A stretch of 45,557 nucleotides of DNA from Promethearchaeota archaeon. Its GTDB lineage: Archaea; Asgardarchaeota; Lokiarchaeia; Sigyniarchaeales; SOKP01. The notes beneath the pieces are model-generated. The model was not told where the DNA came from, made no database searches, and saw nothing but the letters and a program-made list of their open reading frames with translations. This document shows positions 37,440 through 45,557 of this stretch, one piece after another. Location: NCBI GenBank assembly GCA_011364925.1, contig RDOA01000024.1, positions 1-45,557 on the forward strand, read 5' to 3'. The translations under genes and the position numbers were made by a program. Position 1 is the stretch's first letter. Each line of letters begins with the position of its first letter.

Positions 37440-38180
37440 ATGGGCACTATATTAGAAGTTAAAAATTTGACAAAAAAATATGGTGGTTTGACTGCAGTTA
37501 ACGATTTTAGCTTTGAGATTAAGCGTGGCGAATTTATTGGGTTAATTGGTCCAAATGGAGCTGGTAAAACTACAGTATTTAATTTGATATCTGGATTTGA
37601 AAAACCTAACTCGGGTTCAATACGTTTCGATGGCATGAATATAACCGGATTAAGACCTTATAAAATTGTAAACAAGGGTATAGCTCGAACTTTTCAACTT
37701 GTAAGATCGTTTAAATTTCTAACACTCCTCCAAAATGTTTCTGTTGCATGTCAATCTAAAAGAGGAAGAGAAGCTTCTAAAAGTGCTGGAATTGACGCTC
37801 ACGCAAGTTCAATTCTCGCTGCAGTAGGTCTTGTAGATAAAGCGAGAATACCACCAGTAGTCTTACCACATGGTGATTTAAGAAAATTGCAGATAGGTAA
37901 AGCTCTTGGTACAAATCCAGAACTACTCCTTCTTGATGAACCATTCAGTGGGTTAACGCATGAAGAACAACAAACTTTGACAGATTTAATATTGAAACTA
38001 CACGATGATGGATTGACGATCTTTATGACTGGCCACGTTTTACGTGAATTAATGAACTTAGTACCAAGAGTTATCGCGATGCATCAAGGTAAGTTCATTG
38101 TAGATGGACCTCCTAAAGAGGTTGCTAATAATAAAATAGTGCTTGAAGCCTATTTAGGTGGAGGTGAAGCATTTGCTTGA
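37440..38180 (+). CDS. livG: ABC ATP-binding protein
   Basis: GPNGAGKTT, GIARTFQ, LLLDEP, EAYLG. Confidence 0.92.
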   Translation: MGTILEVKNLTKKYGGLTAVNDFSFEIKRGEFIGLIGPNGAGKTTVFNLISGFEKPNSGSIRFDGMNITGLRPYKIVNKGIARTFQLVRSFKFLTLLQNVSVACQSKRGREASKSAGIDAHASSILAAVGLVDKARIPPVVLPHGDLRKLQIGKALGTNPELLLLDEPFSGLTHEEQQTLTDLILKLHDDGLTIFMTGHVLRELMNLVPRVIAMHQGKFIVDGPPKEVANNKIVLEAYLGGGEAFA

Positions 38181-38877
38181 AATGAAAAAAATTTATCATT
38201 ATTATGGAAAAGCGAGAGCCCTTGAAGAAATAAACTTAAAAATTGAAGAAAAAGCTCTGGATGTAGTTATTGGACCAAATGGTGCGGGGAAATCAACACT
38301 TCTCAGAGTAATCTCAGGATTAGAAGAACCCGATCGAGGAAAAATAGAATTTTTAGGAGAGCGAATAGATGGGTTAAAACCTCATAAAATTACTAAAAAA
38401 GGAATCTCTCATTGTCCTGAGCGTCGAAGGTTATTCTACGATATGACTGTCGAGGATAACCTCAAAATGGGGGCATATGTTCAAAAAAATAGATCAATCT
38501 ATAATAAGCAGTTAGAATTTATATTTGAACTTTTTCCACGTCTTAAAGAAAGGCGAAAGCAAAGAGCTGGAACCCTGAGTGGAGGTGAACAACAGATGCT
38601 TGCTATCGCACGTTCATTATTGTCAAATCCAAAATTATTGTTAATGGACGAACCCTCATTAGGGTTAGCTCCAAAAGTAAAAAAGAAAATCTTTGAAGCT
38701 ATTGAACAAATTAAAAATGAAGGAACAACAACTTTATTAGTTGAGCAAGATGCTGTTTTAGCAATGGAAGTTGGGGAAACCATACACTTACTCGAAGAGG
38801 GAAAGATTGAAATGAGAGGTACATCTGAAGAATTGAAAAGAGAACCTCGTATTAAAAAAGTATATTTAGGTATCTAA
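38158..38877 (+). CDS. livF: ABC ATP-binding protein
   Basis: GPNGAGKST, PERRRLF, LSGGEQQM, MDEPSLGLAP, LVEQ. Confidence 0.93.
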   Translation: MEVKHLLEMKKIYHYYGKARALEEINLKIEEKALDVVIGPNGAGKSTLLRVISGLEEPDRGKIEFLGERIDGLKPHKITKKGISHCPERRRLFYDMTVEDNLKMGAYVQKNRSIYNKQLEFIFELFPRLKERRKQRAGTLSGGEQQMLAIARSLLSNPKLLLMDEPSLGLAPKVKKKIFEAIEQIKNEGTTTLLVEQDAVLAMEVGETIHLLEEGKIEMRGTSEELKREPRIKKVYLGI

Positions 38878-38919
38878 AATAAAAGGTGAATTAAAATTTC
38901 CGCTACTTTAGAACAATTA

Positions 38920-40488
38920 TTGAGAGATGCTCGAATTGATCTTGTCCTTGCCCGAATTGAAAAAAATCCAGAAGTTATCAATGAAGTAATAAGAAATATC
39001 GATAGTGAAATAAGATCTATCCGGTTTAACTCAATTTATGTCTTAGGAGAACTGGGGGATAAATCAGGCAAAGATGCTGTTGGTAAAATTACATATTGTT
39101 TAGAAGACAACGATTGGAGTATTTGTCGTGAAGCTGCTCGATCTTTGGGAAAAATAGGGGGTCTAGCAGAAGAAGCTGTTTCATCTCTTAAAAATCTCAC
39201 CTCAAATCAGGAAGTTTCTATTAGAATTGCTGCAATTCAAGCACTTGGGAAAATAGGTAAAGCCTCACCTGAGTCTATTCAAGCTCTTCGAACTGCTTTA
39301 AAAGATAGTAACGAAGAAGTTAGAGCAGAAGCAGCTCAATCGCTAGGATTGTTAGGTCCAAATGCTTTTACAGCAATTCAAGATTTAATGTATAGTCTTA
39401 AAGATGCAAATTGGAATGTAAGGACGCAATCAGCTCAAGCAATTAGTAATATTGGAAAACATTCAGCTGAAGCAATTCCTACTCTAATAAATGCTCTGGG
39501 CGATAATGATTGGAGAGTAAGATATAGAGTTGTAAATACTTTAGCTCAAATAGGAGAAGCTTCCATTCCTTATTTATTGGAAACATTAAATAAGAAAGAA
39601 ATGAAAACGGAATCAAAAATTGGAAATGTAAATAAAGTTACGAATTTAGGTCTTAATATCTTTCTCTTACTCCTTTCTCCTATAGCATATATAATCAGCC
39701 TGATATTTCTATTCTTGAATGTATTCCTCAATGGGGATTTTTTCTATTTTTGGGTTTATTCATCGATAATTTCAATTATCATTTTTACTTTAGGAGCGTT
39801 AACTTTTATTATAGGTATTTTTATTCAAAATAAAAATTTTCTTAAAAAAAGCACCATTGATGCTTTAGGAGAACTAAAGATACCTGATCCAGAAGTTATA
39901 AAGCAATTATCCATGATGTTAAAGGATAGAGACGAAGCGATTAGGGGAAAAGCAGCAGATTCTTTGCGAAGTCTTGGTGAAAAATCAGTAGAAGCCCTCG
40001 TTAATGCCCTTACTGATGCGAGTACAAAAACCAAAATCTTAATCATAACCGCGCTTGGAGGAATTGGAGCTGAGGCGAAAGATTGTATCCCGTATTTAAG
40101 TAATATGTTACTCGACAGTAATACTAATACTAAAGTTAGAGTAGAGATAGTAAGAACATTGGGAAATATTGGAGTATACTCGGATGAAACTCGATCTTCA
40201 TTAATTACAGCATTAACGGATCCTAAAAGCATTGTTAGAAGAGCAGCAGCGCTTTCATTAGGCAAATTTGGACAAAAAGCTATAGATACAGTACCACACT
40301 TGTTAAAAGCCTTACAAGATAAAAAGCCAGATGTAAGATGGAGATCCTCAGAAGCTCTTGGCAAGATTAAATTGAATACTCCTGAAATTATAGACAGTTT
40401 AAAAGGTTTAATTCACGACGAATGTGATTACGTTTGCGAATCTGCTGATGTCGCAATAGACAATATCACAAATACAGAGACGATATGA
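38920..40488 (+). CDS. HEAT/PBS-lyase repeat protein with a central two-TM insertion
   Basis: Many 'L.D....VR..AA..LG.IG' repeats interrupted by a hydrophobic hairpin at about aa 243-302. Confidence 0.88.
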   Translation: MRDARIDLVLARIEKNPEVINEVIRNIDSEIRSIRFNSIYVLGELGDKSGKDAVGKITYCLEDNDWSICREAARSLGKIGGLAEEAVSSLKNLTSNQEVSIRIAAIQALGKIGKASPESIQALRTALKDSNEEVRAEAAQSLGLLGPNAFTAIQDLMYSLKDANWNVRTQSAQAISNIGKHSAEAIPTLINALGDNDWRVRYRVVNTLAQIGEASIPYLLETLNKKEMKTESKIGNVNKVTNLGLNIFLLLLSPIAYIISLIFLFLNVFLNGDFFYFWVYSSIISIIIFTLGALTFIIGIFIQNKNFLKKSTIDALGELKIPDPEVIKQLSMMLKDRDEAIRGKAADSLRSLGEKSVEALVNALTDASTKTKILIITALGGIGAEAKDCIPYLSNMLLDSNTNTKVRVEIVRTLGNIGVYSDETRSSLITALTDPKSIVRRAAALSLGKFGQKAIDTVPHLLKALQDKKPDVRWRSSEALGKIKLNTPEIIDSLKGLIHDECDYVCESADVAIDNITNTETI

Positions 40489-40581
40489 AATTTAATTTAA
40501 ATAAAATTTAATTTTGTATCTCTTTTTTAAATTAATACAAAATTATGAATACAAATAAAAATAATAAAAGGTTAACGAAAA

Positions 40582-42267
40582 ATGAGTGAAAATCCATATG
40601 CTGCTAAACCTTGGGTAAAAAATTACGATGAAGGAGTTCCTGAACATATAGATTACCCAAATATGAATGTGTATGAATTCTTAGACAACGCAGCAAAAAA
40701 TTATGGCAGTCGTACAGCAATTTGGTTTACTAAGAACAAAATTACATATAAAAAGTTCAAAGAAATCGCTGAAAGTTTAGCAACCGCTCTTGTGAATTTA
40801 GGCGTAAAGAGAGGAGATGTAGTAGCAATAATGATTCCAAACTTTCCCCAATTTATTTTAAGTTATTATGGAATATTAAAAGCGGGGGCAATCGTAACTG
40901 CATGTAGTGTACTTCACACAGAGCACGAGTTAGCGTACCAACTAAATGATTCGGGCGCAGAAGTCCTTATCGCTTGGGATAACCAAGTAGAAAAGATAAA
41001 TAAAATACGAGATAGAACTCGACTAAGACACGTAATTATAACAAATGTGTTTGATTATTCACCGATGGCTCCAAGAAATCCCCCTGAAATATCCGGTACG
41101 ATACAATTTCTTAATCTAATTGCTAATACTAAACCTAATCCTCCAAAATTCGAGACAAATGCTAAGGAGGATATAGCTTGCTTACAATATACTGGAGGTA
41201 CAACAGGACTCCCTAAAGGAGCTATGCTTACGCATCATAACCTTGTTTCTAATTGCCATGCGGTCGTTACATGGGCAGGAAATGAAATGCGTGAGGGAAA
41301 AGAGACTATAATTACCAATTTGCCACTCTTTCACATATATGGGCAAACTGTTTGTATGAATCTACATGTGATGATTGGATCTACAATAGCTCTAAATCCT
41401 GATCCTCGCGATCAAAAATCTCTCTTTGAAATTATAAAAGCTACTAACCCCACGATGTTCCCTGGAGTCCCCACAATGTATATGAGATTGTTGGAAAGAG
41501 ATGATCTCGAAGATTACGCAAAAGACTTAAAATCAATTAGAGTCTGCAATACAGGTGCGGCTCCCATGCCTCCAGAAGTAATGAAAGAGTTTGAGGAGAG
41601 GACTGGTTCAATAATATTAGAAGGATACGGTATGACGGAAGCCTCCCCCGTAACGCATACTAATCCCTTTATCGGTACTAGAAAGATTGGTTCAGTTGGT
41701 ATGCCTATTCCAGATACAGAAGTTAAAATCGTAGATATTGACGACTATAATAAAATTATGCCTCTTGGCGAAGCTGGGGAAATCATGATTAAAGGTCCTC
41801 AAATAATGAAAGGTTATTGGAACAAACCAGAAGCTACTGCCAATCAGATAAAAGACGGTTGGCTTCTAACGGGAGATATAGGTAAAATGGACGAAGATGG
41901 ATATTTCTATATTGTTGACAGAAAGAAAGACATGATTAATGTTAGCGGATTTAAGGTATACCCAAGGGAAGTCGAGGATGTGCTTTTTGAACACGAAGCT
42001 ATAGAAAATGCTGCCGTTATTGGAATTCCTGACCCTAATATTCCTGGAAGCGAAAAAGTTAAAGCCTATATCGTTCTAAAGGATGAATATAAAGAATCTG
42101 AGGAACTAGAGGCTGAAATTAAAGAGTTCTTAAGACAAAATGTAGCGCCTTATAAGGTTCCAAAGTTTATAGAATATCGTAAAGAACTTCCTGAAACACT
42201 AGTCGGTAAAGTCTTAAGAAAAGATTTAAAAGATATCGAAGCTCGAAAACGCGGAGAAGAGGTCTAA
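40582..42267 (+). CDS. fadD: Long-chain fatty acid--CoA ligase
   Basis: QYTGGTTGLPKG, LPLFHIYG, EGYGMTE, TGDIG, DRKKDMI, VGKVLRK. Confidence 0.92.
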   Translation: MSENPYAAKPWVKNYDEGVPEHIDYPNMNVYEFLDNAAKNYGSRTAIWFTKNKITYKKFKEIAESLATALVNLGVKRGDVVAIMIPNFPQFILSYYGILKAGAIVTACSVLHTEHELAYQLNDSGAEVLIAWDNQVEKINKIRDRTRLRHVIITNVFDYSPMAPRNPPEISGTIQFLNLIANTKPNPPKFETNAKEDIACLQYTGGTTGLPKGAMLTHHNLVSNCHAVVTWAGNEMREGKETIITNLPLFHIYGQTVCMNLHVMIGSTIALNPDPRDQKSLFEIIKATNPTMFPGVPTMYMRLLERDDLEDYAKDLKSIRVCNTGAAPMPPEVMKEFEERTGSIILEGYGMTEASPVTHTNPFIGTRKIGSVGMPIPDTEVKIVDIDDYNKIMPLGEAGEIMIKGPQIMKGYWNKPEATANQIKDGWLLTGDIGKMDEDGYFYIVDRKKDMINVSGFKVYPREVEDVLFEHEAIENAAVIGIPDPNIPGSEKVKAYIVLKDEYKESEELEAEIKEFLRQNVAPYKVPKFIEYRKELPETLVGKVLRKDLKDIEARKRGEEV

Positions 42268-42354
42268 CTTTAATAAATATTCAATTTTTCAAAATATCCA
42301 TTTTATTTATAATATTTTTTTATCTGATTTTTACATAATTCCATACACTATAGA

Positions 42355-42939
42355 ATGAATAATAAAGATATAATTACAAAAGTAAGGAACTTTGCGTATG
42401 ATAAATCTTCCAAAGACGATGTTCATGGATTTCAACATGTACAACGAGTCTTAAAAACAAGTTCAGAATTAGGAGTTAATTTAAACGCAAATTTACTAGT
42501 GATTACAATTTCTGCTCTACTTCATGATGTTGGGAGAGGAAATGCAAAGGAAAACCACGCCAAAATTTCTGCTGAAATCGCAAGAGAATTTCTTATTAAA
42601 AACAAATTTGAAATTCCCATAGAAGATTTTGAAAATATTATACACTGTATTTCAACGCATTCCTTTTCTAACGACTTGGAACCTATGACACTCGAAGCTA
42701 AAATATTGTCTGACGCTGATAAATTAGATGCATTAGGGGCTATAGGTTTATATAGAACAATTGGGTTCACGATCAAAAACGGTGGAGGAATAGAACAAGT
42801 GATTACCCATCTAGAAAATAAAATCTTGCGTTTAAAAGATAAATTACATTTGGATGAATCTAAAAAAATAGCTGAGCAAAGATATAACATAATCTCTGAT
42901 TTTTATACTAAAATTAAAGAACAGATTAAAATTAAATAA
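42355..42939 (+). CDS. HD domain metal-dependent phosphohydrolase
   Basis: HGFQHVQRV, ALLHDVG, DADKLDALGAIG. Confidence 0.9.
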   Translation: MNNKDIITKVRNFAYDKSSKDDVHGFQHVQRVLKTSSELGVNLNANLLVITISALLHDVGRGNAKENHAKISAEIAREFLIKNKFEIPIEDFENIIHCISTHSFSNDLEPMTLEAKILSDADKLDALGAIGLYRTIGFTIKNGGGIEQVITHLENKILRLKDKLHLDESKKIAEQRYNIISDFYTKIKEQIKIK

Positions 42940-43079
42940 ATCAAGAACTAAATAATGAAATCGTTCTGAAAATACAATATTTCATGATATAATGGTAAGC
43001 ATTATAATTTAATAAAAAATAAGGTATCTAATGAAAGCCACAAAAGTGAAAAATTTTACCTTAAAACTTTTTCAACCAT

Positions 43080-43661
43080 TTGGAAGTGATTTTACGGAAA
43101 TTCATAACAATCATGAAGGTGACCTGGATAATGAAGAATAAAAAGCATTCAAATTTAGATTTCAGAATTATGTCTTTTTTCTTTAAAATTCGAGATATGT
43201 TGCATCCTCCAATAAAAAAAATCATAAATGCTGATATTAAACAAGGAGAAAAAGTATTGGATTATGGATGCGGTTCAGGAAGTTATTCTATAGTAGCTGC
43301 AGAAAAAATAGGTCCAATGGGGAAACTTATTGCTGCAGATATCCATCCATTAGCATTGAAAAAAGTAAGAAAAAGGGCAAAAAAAATGGGCTATAACAAT
43401 ATTGAGACTATTCAAACAGATTGTGATACTAAATTAAATGATGAAAGTATTGACAGAATAATTTGTTTTGACGTACTTCATGGCATCTCGAATAAAAATA
43501 ATATCATAAACGAATTTTATCGAGTTTTAAAGCCAAATTCGATCCTCAGTCTTGACGATCATCATTATAATAAAGACCAAATAATTGATTTCATAACTTC
43601 CGACGGACTCTTTAAATTAGCTAATAGTAATGATAAGCAATATAATTTTATCAAAATTTAA
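43080..43661 (+). CDS. Class I SAM-dependent methyltransferase
   Basis: VLDYGCGSG, AADIH, RVLKP. True start is probably ATG 43131. Confidence 0.88.
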   Translation: MEVILRKFITIMKVTWIMKNKKHSNLDFRIMSFFFKIRDMLHPPIKKIINADIKQGEKVLDYGCGSGSYSIVAAEKIGPMGKLIAADIHPLALKKVRKRAKKMGYNNIETIQTDCDTKLNDESIDRIICFDVLHGISNKNNIINEFYRVLKPNSILSLDDHHYNKDQIIDFITSDGLFKLANSNDKQYNFIKI

Positions 43662-43691
43662 AATTTGAGAATTTCTCTAACATCAGTATTT

Positions 43692-44258
43692 TTAATAGAG
43701 AAACTCAGACCTTTTTTTTTCTATTTTTTTATAATTCAAAACAGTCCCTTCTTCAATCCAGCTCCAATGAAACATTGGTTTTTCAAATTGTTCTTTATAG
43801 CCAAATCCAGCTTTTTTTATTTGTTCTTGGACATTGTTTAATTGTATTCCATAAGAACCTATATGAGTAGCATAATAAGATAAAAATCCAGAATCAGCTT
43901 TTAAAATTCGATATATTTCATTCAATAGTTTGATTCTATCACTTTTATCGAGTAAATGATACACATCATACATTAATACTATATCTATATAATTATTCTT
44001 TAATGGAATCGATATCTCTTTTGAAGTTTTTATGATTTCAATATTTTTAATATTTTGATTTTTAATTTTATTAGATAATTCCTTCAAGACATTCTCATCA
44101 TAATCAAGAGCGTAAATTTTACCTTCATCTCCGACAATTTTTGAAGCAATTACAGAATATACACCTGATCCACATCCAAAATCTAATAGATTATGACCAC
44201 TTTTTATACCATAACCTCTAAGTATACTCTCTCCCTTTGAATTTAGCCATTCTTCCAT
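43692..44258 (-). CDS. Class I SAM-dependent methyltransferase
   Basis: LLDFGCGSG, YALDY, EIYRILK. Confidence 0.88.
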   Translation of the reverse strand: MEEWLNSKGESILRGYGIKSGHNLLDFGCGSGVYSVIASKIVGDEGKIYALDYDENVLKELSNKIKNQNIKNIEIIKTSKEISIPLKNNYIDIVLMYDVYHLLDKSDRIKLLNEIYRILKADSGFLSYYATHIGSYGIQLNNVQEQIKKAGFGYKEQFEKPMFHWSWIEEGTVLNYKKIEKKRSEFLY

Positions 44259-44318
44259 GTGAAAATCTCTATTGTATGTTTATTAAAAATAGCTATAAGT
44301 TTTAAGATTAAATCTTTT

Positions 44319-45557
44319 TTATCCAATTTTCATAATCATATTAACTAAAAGAGTGAATTTTTCTTTAGACCCCCAAATAACATAAATTTTGTTATCAATT
44401 GGTATAGTTACTAATTTTATGATAGTTATAAAATCATTACCTAAATTTTTTGCTGAATTACTTCCTTCTTTAAATTTTATTGCAATTTCTGCTCCTAAAT
44501 AATTCTTTATCGTACTTTCTGTTACTTTTACTTGATCTAAATCTGGATGATCTATAATTCTACTTTTAAGTTTTTCTGTATAAAGTCTAAGTTTTACGCG
44601 ATCTAGGTTTTCTTCATCCTTTATTATTCTATCATATTCAAAGATAACAATTCCACAATCTTTCTCAAAACCTATGATCTCATATATATCAATATCAAAT
44701 TGCATTTTCAAATCTTTATCAGCAGAAGATATTACATGCCATCCATTTTCAGGGGTCTCACTTAAGATTAATCTTATCCCCTTTATGATCCTTAATTCAT
44801 CTTCCTTTTCTTTTACTATCTTTTCAATCATATCAGATAAAGGTCTTGCAGAAAAATGTTGGGCGCTCTCGGGCAGAACTGTAGATTTTTCTACCCAACC
44901 TTTTTCCGTTAGCCTCTCAATAATTCGATATATGTGAGTTCTTTTTAACTCAAGTTCTCTATCCAATATTCCGACTTTTTCTCCTTTAACACCTTTCCTT
45001 AATAGAGATAGATAGACTTTTGCATCTGCTTCACTTAAACCAATACTTCTTAGTCCTAGCCTCTCTAGAATATTTGAGGTTTTAGATAGTATTTTCGGTG
45101 TAAGATCAGCTTCTTTTTCTTGTATTTCTTTTTGCTCTTCTTTAACTAAATAAGGTTTTTTAGATGTAAGTTCTCTTATTATTTCAGCTGTTTTGGGAAC
45201 TGCTAATATTATATATTGACCAGAGGGATCTTTAGGGATTTTACAAATTATCATCCTTTCATTATCTTTAAACCCGACAATACTTTCTTGACTTACAATT
45301 TTTTTCTTAGTTTTACTTAGAGATACAGCAATCAGTCGTTCTATTGTATTTTGTAATATTATATATTTATTTCCTGAGATATATAGATACCTTTCATTTT
45401 TAGAACCCCAAACAGACCTAATCTGATTTAAATCTTCACTAATTTCCCAGTTATCTGTCGTATAGACAATTTTATCTTCACCTTCAATTATAGCGGCAGC
45501 AATAATTTCTGGATCATTTTTAATGTCATAATCAATTTTTGATAATATTTCTTCCAT
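44319..45557 (-). CDS. Profilin-like N-terminal domain fused to a TrmB-type winged HTH regulator
   Basis: N-terminal 'IIAAAII..IVYTTDNW..W..ISGNKYIIL..ERLIA..IVG'; central 'IGLSEADAKVYLSLL..RTHIYRIIERLTEKGWV'. The ATG is at the window edge, so the ORF may extend further. Confidence 0.65.
   Translation of the reverse strand: MEEILSKIDYDIKNDPEIIAAAIIEGEDKIVYTTDNWEISEDLNQIRSVWGSKNERYLYISGNKYIILQNTIERLIAVSLSKTKKKIVSQESIVGFKDNERMIICKIPKDPSGQYIILAVPKTAEIIRELTSKKPYLVKEEQKEIQEKEADLTPKILSKTSNILERLGLRSIGLSEADAKVYLSLLRKGVKGEKVGILDRELELKRTHIYRIIERLTEKGWVEKSTVLPESAQHFSARPLSDMIEKIVKEKEDELRIIKGIRLILSETPENGWHVISSADKDLKMQFDIDIYEIIGFEKDCGIVIFEYDRIIKDEENLDRVKLRLYTEKLKSRIIDHPDLDQVKVTESTIKNYLGAEIAIKFKEGSNSAKNLGNDFITIIKLVTIPIDNKIYVIWGSKEKFTLLVNMIMKIG

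Noticed and set aside
20018-40488. Sec readthrough at other TGA stops (20020, 23062, 27225, 40488)
   Set aside because: The proteins appear complete, there is no redox motif context, and I noticed no SECIS-like hairpin nearby.
279-44937. Short ORFs antisense or out of frame to confident genes (e.g. 279-680, 8036-8326, 25876-26352, 36432-36803, 39825-40364, 42522-42890)
   Set aside because: They overlap well-supported genes and show shadow-ORF composition with no motifs.
1-45557. CRISPR arrays, tRNA/rRNA genes, IS elements, integrases
   Set aside because: No spaced repeats, GC-rich structured RNA segments or transposase motifs were seen by eye; small RNAs could have been missed.

Overview
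AT-rich archaeal chromosomal window. It most likely comes from an Asgard archaeon (Lokiarchaeia-like). That assignment is an inference from the archaeal CdhA and ThyA, GGTGA ribosome-binding sites, SCP2 paralogs, a small GTPase, a profilin-like domain and a eukaryote-style SECIS candidate. There are about 40 protein-coding genes; I found no rRNA, tRNA, CRISPR array or transposase. Two loci stand out. (1) 28.8-33.6 kb is a metal(loid) cassette. A divergent ArsR precedes acr3, then a SAM-methyltransferase fused to an HgcA-like corrinoid/membrane protein (NVWCAA cap helix), an HgcB-like ferredoxin ending in CCG and a Cys-rich thioredoxin/ArsD-like protein. The last gene is mostly missed by the ORF track. 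It appears to start at ATT 33102, encodes a beta-grasp/ubiquitin-like protein ending in tandem TGA-TGA, and is followed about 130 nt later by an AUGA...GA SECIS-like hairpin, so it is a candidate new selenoprotein in an arsenic/Hg-methylation-like system. (2) 22.5-28.5 kb is a four-gene operon: a degenerate (pseudo-)AAA+ protein, an Smc5/6-like SMC, a kleisin and an Nse1/ScpB-like KITE. All calls rest on motif recognition by eye; no database searches were run.
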